A DNA stretch of 62,223 nucleotides, filler included, from Deltaproteobacteria bacterium (GTDB lineage Bacteria; JAEEML01): the NCBI GenBank assembly GCA_016283195.1. It is 4 parts of 4 records of this genome, joined end to end, with 100 filler letters (N's around TTAATTAATTAA, not from the genome) between each part and the next. Parts side by side here need not be neighbours in the genome. Positions count along the whole stretch, not along the records: positions 47,421 to 58,264 come from JAEEML010000058.1; positions 58,365 to 62,223 come from JAEEML010000060.1; 2 more parts are not named here. One strand, 5' to 3'. The notes under the pieces are model-generated. The model was not told the DNA's origin. It made no database searches and saw only the letters and a list, made by a program, of their open reading frames with translations. How positions within the stretch are numbered: the stretch's first letter is position 1; every line of letters begins with the position of its first letter. Below, one piece after another: positions 55,905 to 62,223 of this stretch. The translations under genes were made by a program, and so were the position numbers.

Positions 55905-57254
55905 CTAAGCCGGGATAAATTGGTCGCGCCCCACATGGCACACCGGGCAGACAGCCGGCGGCAGCGGCCCCTCATAGCTATAGCCGCATTGGCGGCAAAC
56001 CCAGCGCCGGCCATCCCATTCCATGGTGTGACCGTCATCATCTGTGGGCGGAATTATTGCAGATAAAATAGCGGCCACCGAGCCACCGCTTGAGCCTTCA
56101 GGCCTTTTGAATTTATTCTCTATTGCGGCAGTTATTTGCGGATAGCCACTAATATTGCCTAATAAAATTGCGGCAATAAGCTCATTGTCCGCATTAAAGA
56201 AAAGCGCGCGATAGCCATCTGCAAAAGACTCTTCCAGCATAGATGTGGCTTCTGCCCGGTCACCCACGCTATAAAGGGCAATTTCGCGGCTCTTTAGATG
56301 CAGCTCGGCCGCTTTGGCTGCATAATTATCTTTAATGGCCAAAGCATTTGTGCCGGCCACTTCGCCCTGGCGGCGGGCCGGATTCCAGAGCAGCTCCAAA
56401 GTGCCGTTAAATTCCACACAGTTGCCGCAGGCAAAAATAGCGGGCTCGCTGGTCTCCATGGCCTCATTTACTATTATGCCGTTTTTAACTGCCAGCCCGG
56501 CCTCTTTGGCCAAAGCGATATTGGGGCGCACTCCGGCCTGGGCAAGAATCAGGGCGGCTGTTATTTCCTGCCCGTTTTGTAAGGAGATGATGTGGGCATT
56601 ATTTTTAGAAGTTATAGCGGCAATTTGCGCCTTACAGTTAACTGTAATACCTCTATTTTCCAAAATATTTTGCAAAAGCGCCGCCGCCTTATCGTTTAGC
56701 TGCCGCGGCATGAGGTGGGCGCCAACTTCCAAAATGGTGACTTTATGACCCATTTTAGCCAGTATGAGCGCACTTTCTATAGCCAAAACGCCGCCGCCGA
56801 TGATAGTGATTTCCGCCGCTTTTTGCTCCTTTAGATTATGCGCCAGTTTTTCGGCATCGGCCATAGTCCAGAGCAGCTGGGCGGCCTCTTTAAGGCCGGG
56901 AACAGGCGGCACAAAGGGGCTGGCACCGGTGGCTAAGATAAGACTATCATAAGGAAATTCCTGGCTTTTTGTTATGACAACATGGCGCTCTTTATCAATA
57001 GCCGTAGCGGCTATCCCGCTTAAATACAAAATGCGCCGCGCCGGCAAAAAATCGGGCGCATAAGAGGCCAGATATTCTTTAGGCAGAGCGCCGCTCACCA
57101 GGCTGCCTAGGGCAATGCGGCAATAAAAAGGCTCATCTTCGGCTGCCAAAATAGTAATTTGCGCTGCCGGGTAGGCCACTCTGGCCGCCAGTGCTGCGCT
57201 GATTCCGGCAATGCCGCCGCCGATTATGACTAGTTTTTTCTCCTCAGCCATCAT
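55905..57254 (-). CDS. NAD(P)H:FAD oxidoreductase (NirB / rubredoxin-reductase-like) fused to a C-terminal rubredoxin-like domain
   Basis: IIGGGIAG, YDSLILATG, IGGGVLAIE, GVRPN, IFACGNC; WVCRQCGY...CPVC. Confidence 0.88.
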   Translation of the reverse strand: MMAEEKKLVIIGGGIAGISAALAARVAYPAAQITILAAEDEPFYCRIALGSLVSGALPKEYLASYAPDFLPARRILYLSGIAATAIDKERHVVITKSQEFPYDSLILATGASPFVPPVPGLKEAAQLLWTMADAEKLAHNLKEQKAAEITIIGGGVLAIESALILAKMGHKVTILEVGAHLMPRQLNDKAAALLQNILENRGITVNCKAQIAAITSKNNAHIISLQNGQEITAALILAQAGVRPNIALAKEAGLAVKNGIIVNEAMETSEPAIFACGNCVEFNGTLELLWNPARRQGEVAGTNALAIKDNYAAKAAELHLKSREIALYSVGDRAEATSMLEESFADGYRALFFNADNELIAAILLGNISGYPQITAAIENKFKRPEGSSGGSVAAILSAIIPPTDDDGHTMEWDGRRWVCRQCGYSYEGPLPPAVCPVCHVGRDQFIPA

Positions 57255-57476
57255 GGGGCGCACTTTAGCAAAATATGGTTAAAAGGTAAAGCCATAATGG
57301 TGCAATTATCTTCAAATGTCACATAGCCGGAGCTGTTAGCGGTTAACTAAAAGAGCTGCGCCGGATCCAGGGAGAGAAACTCCTCTACAGAAAGGCTATG
57401 TTGGGCAAGAAAATAAAATCTTGTCACTCGCCTTGTTTCATAATAAATGAAGCGCCTTGTGAGGAGGCTTTATAAA

Positions 57477-58264
57477 ATGACCGCTCCGGCAAATGCTGTT
57501 TGTTCTCCGCTTTTTGTGAAATCTACCTGTGAATTGGCTAAGTTAGATGATTCTGCCGGCATTTCTATGTTGGAACATTTGGCCGAGCCGCTCTTGCTCG
57601 CGGCTGATGAAAAGGGGCTAAAAGTCGCTCCTTATAATCAGGAAGTGCTTACTTTGCAGGCTGATAGCGGAGCGGCGGCGCTTCTGGCCTTTTTACCGCC
57701 ATCTTTGCCCAGCGCTTTGGGCAGCGCCTCTTTTTGCCGGGAATACGGCCTTAGTTATGCCTATGTGGGCGGCGGTATGGCCAACGGTATTGCCTCGGTA
57801 AAGATGGTGGCCGTTTTGGCCCAGGCTGGTATGCTGGGCTTTTTAGGCACCGGCGGTCTTTCATTGGAAAATATTGAAAAAGCCATTTTAGAGCTGAAAA
57901 ATGAGTGTTCTGGCCGGCCTTTCGGCTGCAATTTATTGCATAATCCGTACTCGCCGCAAGTGGAAGAAGCCACGGTAGATCTCTATTTAAAACACGGGGT
58001 TACCATGGTGGAGGCCGCCGCCTACCTGGACCTCACCAAAGCTCTGGTGCGCTATCGTTTGCACGGACTTAAAAGAGACAGCGCAGGGCAGGTGGTGGCT
58101 CCCAACAAGGTGATGGCCAAAATCTCGCGTATTGAGCTGGCGCGCAAATTCCTGGCTCCGCCGCCGCTAAAATTGGTTAACTCTCTTTTGGCTGAAGGCA
58201 AAATCAGCCAAAGCGAGGCCGATCTTTCGCAAGAGATTCCCATGGCCGGGCAAATTACTGTGGA
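57477..58264 (+). CDS. pfaD: PfaD-family enoyl reductase (PUFA / polyketide synthase), 3' truncated
   Basis: LGSASFCREYGL, YVGGGMANGIAS, NLLHNP, VEAAAY, VMAKISR, FLAPPP; GAGGAGG before ATG 57477. Confidence 0.88.
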
Positions 58265-58364
58265 NNNNNNNNNNNNNNNNNNNNNNNNNNNNNNNNNNNN
58301 NNNNNNNNTTAATTAATTAANNNNNNNNNNNNNNNNNNNNNNNNNNNNNNNNNNNNNNNNNNNN
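58265..58364. other. Artificial contig linker
   Basis: 44 N + TTAATTAATTAA + 44 N. Confidence 0.97.
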
Positions 58365-59423
58365 AATGTGGTGGGTATTCGCGGCAGTAATCCCGGCCGC
58401 TTTAGTTATCATGGTAATACGCCGGATCGCTATGACGATACCCTGGTGCTTTTGTGGAAAGATGCGAATGGCGGCAAGCATGTTTTGGAATTCCCGGTTA
58501 CCACCGAAACGGGTATTTATGCTTTTGGCGAAAATACCTCCGATGCCCTTTTGCCCAACAGGCACTACAGATACACCAACGGCCGCCATCATATTACAAG
58601 TAGTAATAAAACTTATGAATTTGATGCCATCAGAATGAATGAGGATCAGTACCAGGCTTATAGCGATAAAAACAAAAATGGCTTTATGGATAGTAAACGT
58701 AACGGTTCGTATTCCGATAATCCGAGCTTTACAAAGAGAACAGATGTCCTAACCGCCAGTAACGGGCATAATATTCATTATGGCAAAGTTACAAATGCCA
58801 CTAAAGAAAATGACCTTTATACCGCTAATGTTGGTTCTTGGTCGGCCGGTTGTCAAGTTATTCCCGGCAAGGAAAACTGGAAGCAATTTATTGATAATGC
58901 CTGGACAAAGAGTGGTGATGCTGTTGATTATTACCTGGTGGACGTGCGCGATATTGATAAAAGAGTGTGGAATGACTGCACGCCGGATGGCAGCCACGAT
59001 TGCCCATACTATATAACCTTTAGCAAGAGCGGCACTTATTCCCATGAAGGCGATACCGCCAAAGAGGGAGTGCAGTCTAAATATGACCGCTACTATTGTA
59101 AGGAATATAGTGGTGGTAATAATGCCACGGATTACTATCAAAAGGGCGGCGAGGAAGTTTATACCTTTGATGTTCCCGGCCACAATGCGGAAACCAAAAG
59201 CGTTACTATCAGTGTGGTTGCCAAAGATAAAGTCGATGTGGACGTGCATCTGCTTTATTCCGATGATAACCTGGCCTGTATAACGAGAAACGATAAAGAG
59301 ATAAAAACTTTTAAAGTCTATCCAGGTCGCTACTATATTATAGTTGATACCTATAGTGGTATGAGTGATAGTGATGATAAAGCCGCTCCTGGTGCTTATA
59401 AATTAGATGTTAAAATCGAGTGA
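58365..59423 (+). CDS. L,D-transpeptidase-like (His...SxGC) domain plus PPC-like domain, 5' truncated
   Basis: VVGIR...YDD...TTETG...GHNIH...WSAGCQV; C-terminal EEVYTF...DVDVHLL...PGRYYIIVD...GAYKLDV. Confidence 0.6.
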   Translation, partial: NVVGIRGSNPGRFSYHGNTPDRYDDTLVLLWKDANGGKHVLEFPVTTETGIYAFGENTSDALLPNRHYRYTNGRHHITSSNKTYEFDAIRMNEDQYQAYSDKNKNGFMDSKRNGSYSDNPSFTKRTDVLTASNGHNIHYGKVTNATKENDLYTANVGSWSAGCQVIPGKENWKQFIDNAWTKSGDAVDYYLVDVRDIDKRVWNDCTPDGSHDCPYYITFSKSGTYSHEGDTAKEGVQSKYDRYYCKEYSGGNNATDYYQKGGEEVYTFDVPGHNAETKSVTISVVAKDKVDVDVHLLYSDDNLACITRNDKEIKTFKVYPGRYYIIVDTYSGMSDSDDKAAPGAYKLDVKIE

Positions 59424-59431
59424 GGTAAATA

Positions 59432-60079
59432 ATGAGTCTTACCGTTACCTGGCTGGGCCACGCCAGCCTGCTTATTATTGCCGGCGGTTTAAAACTTTTG
59501 GTCGATCCCTTTGAAGTAGAAAAGATTTGGCCGGAAAAAGTGGATGCGCTTTTATTTACCCATTCGCATTATGACCACTTTGCCCCTGATGATTATGCTT
59601 TTTATAAAGCAAAAGGGGTAAAAGCGGAATTTGGTCCCAAAGATTTAGCCGCCAAACTTAGTGCTGGTGCGCACCTGATGGCTCCCGGCGATGAGCTGAA
59701 ACTGGCTGCCAAAGATGGCGAAATTGTTATAAAAGCCGTTCCGGCTTACAATATCGGCAAAAAATTCCACCCTAAAGATAATGGCTGGCTGGGCTATCTA
59801 ATTAGCTATAAAGGCCAGACAATTTACATTGCCGGTGATACAGATTTCATCCCCGAGATGGAAAAGATTAGCTGTGATGTGGCCTTTTTGCCTGTTGGCG
59901 GCACTTATACCATGACAGCGGCCGAGGCAGCCAAAGCGGCCAAAGCCGTTAAAGCCAAAGTGGCCGTGCCCATCCATTATGGCAAAATTGTGGGTAAAGA
60001 GGCCGATGCCGCCGCTTTTGTGCAGGCAGTGGGCAAGAGCGGCAAGATATTAAAACAGGGCCAAGCCGAAGAGATATAA
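59432..60079 (+). CDS. Metallo-beta-lactamase-fold hydrolase
   Basis: WLGHAS, VDPF, THSHYDH, AGDT, PVGG, PIHYG. Confidence 0.92.
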   Translation: MSLTVTWLGHASLLIIAGGLKLLVDPFEVEKIWPEKVDALLFTHSHYDHFAPDDYAFYKAKGVKAEFGPKDLAAKLSAGAHLMAPGDELKLAAKDGEIVIKAVPAYNIGKKFHPKDNGWLGYLISYKGQTIYIAGDTDFIPEMEKISCDVAFLPVGGTYTMTAAEAAKAAKAVKAKVAVPIHYGKIVGKEADAAAFVQAVGKSGKILKQGQAEEI

Positions 60080-60235
60080 ACTTTTTTAAAAATCAAAATA
60101 TATAGCCAAAGCTGTTTTGCGGTCGCAAAGTGCAGATATTTAAGATACCTTTTGTAACTTCTTTGCGTTTGCTATTTTTTCTCTCTTGGCCGACACTATA
60201 GAATGTGGCGCCTGTAGCCAAATGGGGGTGAAACG

Positions 60236-60949
60236 GTGGCTAAAGCAGAAGATTGGATTTTACTGGTAGAAGATGACGAAAAGCTTTCCAACCTGGTGGC
60301 CGATTATCTCTCCGGCCTTTTGGAGCTTGAGGTAAAGATTGAGCCGCGCGGCGATGTGGCTGTCGGCCGGATTATTGATGAACAGCCCTCGCTGGTTATT
60401 CTTGACGTGCTTCTCCCCGGTAAAGACGGCCGCGATGTTTGTAAAGAGGTGCGAAGCCGCTATAACGGGCCTATTTTAATGCTCACTGCTCTTGGCGATG
60501 AGGCCGATGAAGTTTTGGGCCTGGAAATCGGGGCCGATGATTATATGTCTAAGCCGGTTGGCCCCAAGCTGCTGGCGGCCCGTGTAAAGAGCCTTTTGCG
60601 CCGTTATGAGCGGCAAAATCGCGAGCAAGCCGCCCATGAAGAGCGGCGCATAAGCGTTGGTAGCCTAACTGTTGATGCTTTAAGCCGGGGAGTGGAGCTT
60701 GATGGCGTGCGCCTTAATCTCACCACTTCGGAATTTAATCTTTTGTGGTTTTTGGCCGAACACGCCGGGCAGACTATCAGCCGCGATGATATTTGCCGTG
60801 AACTGCGCGGGGTGGATTGGGATGGCCTCGACCGCAGTGTGGACCTTTTGGTGGCCAGACTGCGCAAAAAACTTGGCGACAGCGGCAAGCACCCCGACCT
60901 GATTAAATCAGTGCGTGGCAGCGGTTATCTGTTGGCTGTATCGGCATGA
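60236..60949 (+). CDS. OmpR-family response regulator (RstA-like)
   Basis: LVEDD, LDVLLPG, GADDYMSKP; winged helix with DRSVD...RLRKKL, VRGSGY. Confidence 0.92.
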   Translation: MAKAEDWILLVEDDEKLSNLVADYLSGLLELEVKIEPRGDVAVGRIIDEQPSLVILDVLLPGKDGRDVCKEVRSRYNGPILMLTALGDEADEVLGLEIGADDYMSKPVGPKLLAARVKSLLRRYERQNREQAAHEERRISVGSLTVDALSRGVELDGVRLNLTTSEFNLLWFLAEHAGQTISRDDICRELRGVDWDGLDRSVDLLVARLRKKLGDSGKHPDLIKSVRGSGYLLAVSA

Positions 60950-62223
60950 GAAAACTCCTTATTCGCGTGGCCCTTTTCTTCTCTGTGGCCTTAATTATTT
61001 GCCTTACTATTTCATATCTTACTTATCATGCCGTAACTTTTGCTTCGCTTGAGAAACATCCGCCGGCTTTTGCCACTTTTACAGCCGATCTTATCCAAGC
61101 TATGAGCCATGAGTCAAATAGTGATGATTATGTGAATTTCCTGGAAAATTTAGCCGAGGCCAATAGTGATTATATGTTGGTGTTTGAAGAAGATGCCGGC
61201 CTTTTGCCGGAGGCGATAGCGCTCTTGCAAGCCGGTAGCCCGATATGGGTGCGGGGCTGGGTCTGGCCTGATAAACACTCCATCGGGGCTTTTGTCGTGC
61301 CTGTCCCGGGGACTAACAAAGCGCTTTTTATTCGTCCGCTCTCGCCAACATTTCCCCGCCTCAGTATGTGGATAGCTATTATTTTGGTTATGGGCCTTAT
61401 TGCAGTGCTCATAGGACTTTTGCTTTTGGTGCCCATTGTGCGGCGGATTAACAGCCTGGAGCAGGTGGCTAATGAAATAGCCAAGGGCAACTTTGTGCAT
61501 ATCGAAAACGAAAAAGCCGATGATGCCATTGGATCTCTCGCCGCATCAATGAATGAAATGAGCGACCAAATCCGCCATCTTTTAGATAAGCAGAGCCACA
61601 TGGTTATGGCTATTGCCCATGAACTTAGGACGCCTATCAGCCGCTTGCAATTTGGCATTGAGATGATGTCGCTCGCCAAAGACAGCGAAAAGCGCCAAAA
61701 TAGGCGCAAAGCCATAGATGCCGATATTGCCGAGCTGGATGCTCTTGTGGCCGAACTTTTGCTCTATGCCCGCTATGACAGCAAACAGCCGCCGCATGAC
61801 GGGGTGATTCTTGATGCTTCCCTGCCGGAGATTATGGATGCGCTAATCTTAAAATTGCAATATAAAAGGCCGCAAGTGAAAATAACCTATCAAAATAGCG
61901 CTAATTTTCCCAGTGTGCCCCTGGCGCTGCATCCCTTTAACCGCGTCTTTAATAATTTATTGGGCAATGCCTTGCGCTATGCCAGAAATAGGGTGGAAAT
62001 AAGTTGGGAGCTGGAGAAAAATCAGCTCATTGTTCATGTCGATGATGATGGAGTCGGCATTGCTCCGGAAGATAGAAAGATGATTTTTGAGCCCTTTTCC
62101 CGCCTGGAAAAGAGCCGCGAACGCGACAAAGGCGGCGTTGGTCTGGGCCTGGCCATTGTAAAGCAGATAATGACTACAGTAGGCGGCCGAGTGGAGGCTA
62201 CGGAAGCTCCCCTCGGAGGAGCG
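60946..62223 (+). CDS. Sensor histidine kinase (RstB-like), 3' truncated by window end; absent from the ORF track
   Basis: ATG 60946 overlaps the regulator's TGA; two TMs and a HAMP region; AHELRTP, NLLGNALRYA, DDDGVGI, IFEPF, GGVGLGLAIV, all in frame. Confidence 0.92.
   Translation, partial: MRKLLIRVALFFSVALIICLTISYLTYHAVTFASLEKHPPAFATFTADLIQAMSHESNSDDYVNFLENLAEANSDYMLVFEEDAGLLPEAIALLQAGSPIWVRGWVWPDKHSIGAFVVPVPGTNKALFIRPLSPTFPRLSMWIAIILVMGLIAVLIGLLLLVPIVRRINSLEQVANEIAKGNFVHIENEKADDAIGSLAASMNEMSDQIRHLLDKQSHMVMAIAHELRTPISRLQFGIEMMSLAKDSEKRQNRRKAIDADIAELDALVAELLLYARYDSKQPPHDGVILDASLPEIMDALILKLQYKRPQVKITYQNSANFPSVPLALHPFNRVFNNLLGNALRYARNRVEISWELEKNQLIVHVDDDGVGIAPEDRKMIFEPFSRLEKSRERDKGGVGLGLAIVKQIMTTVGGRVEATEAPLGGA

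Noticed and set aside
61150-61797. Minus-strand ORFs near the window end
   Set aside because: Shadows of the plus-strand histidine kinase, which has all conserved boxes in frame.

Overview
Bacterial draft-genome sequence. Three identical 100-nt artificial linkers (44 N + TTAATTAATTAA + 44 N, at 18928-19027, 47321-47420 and 58265-58364) join four contigs, so adjacency across them means nothing. MYXO-CTERM-type surface proteins, a pilGHI-like ABC module, PfaD and many Cys-rich lipoproteins point to a Myxococcota/deltaproteobacterial organism with moderate GC, probably anaerobic (inference). Contig 1 holds housekeeping and envelope genes. Contig 2 holds a surface-polysaccharide locus with an unusual aldolase / aminotransferase / decarboxylase / amide-ligase set, glnA-arcC, rarA, an S55 peptidase + beta-propeller pair, and a candidate oriC with dnaN and a perfect parS but no adjacent dnaA. 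Contig 3 has the most striking element: a low-GC operon (dynamin-like GTPase, then a HerA/DUF87 ATPase with a Ser/Thr-rich, pore-toxin-like segment). Upstream of it is a 39-codon leader ORF, absent from the ORF track, containing 11 copies of an 8-nt repeat and followed by a C-rich/G-poor tract. This fits a repeat-slippage, leader-translation-controlled ON/OFF switch for a putative defence system. Contig 4 holds an L,D-transpeptidase-like protein, an MBL hydrolase and an RstAB-like two-component system. All functional calls come from motif recognition by eye; no searches were run.
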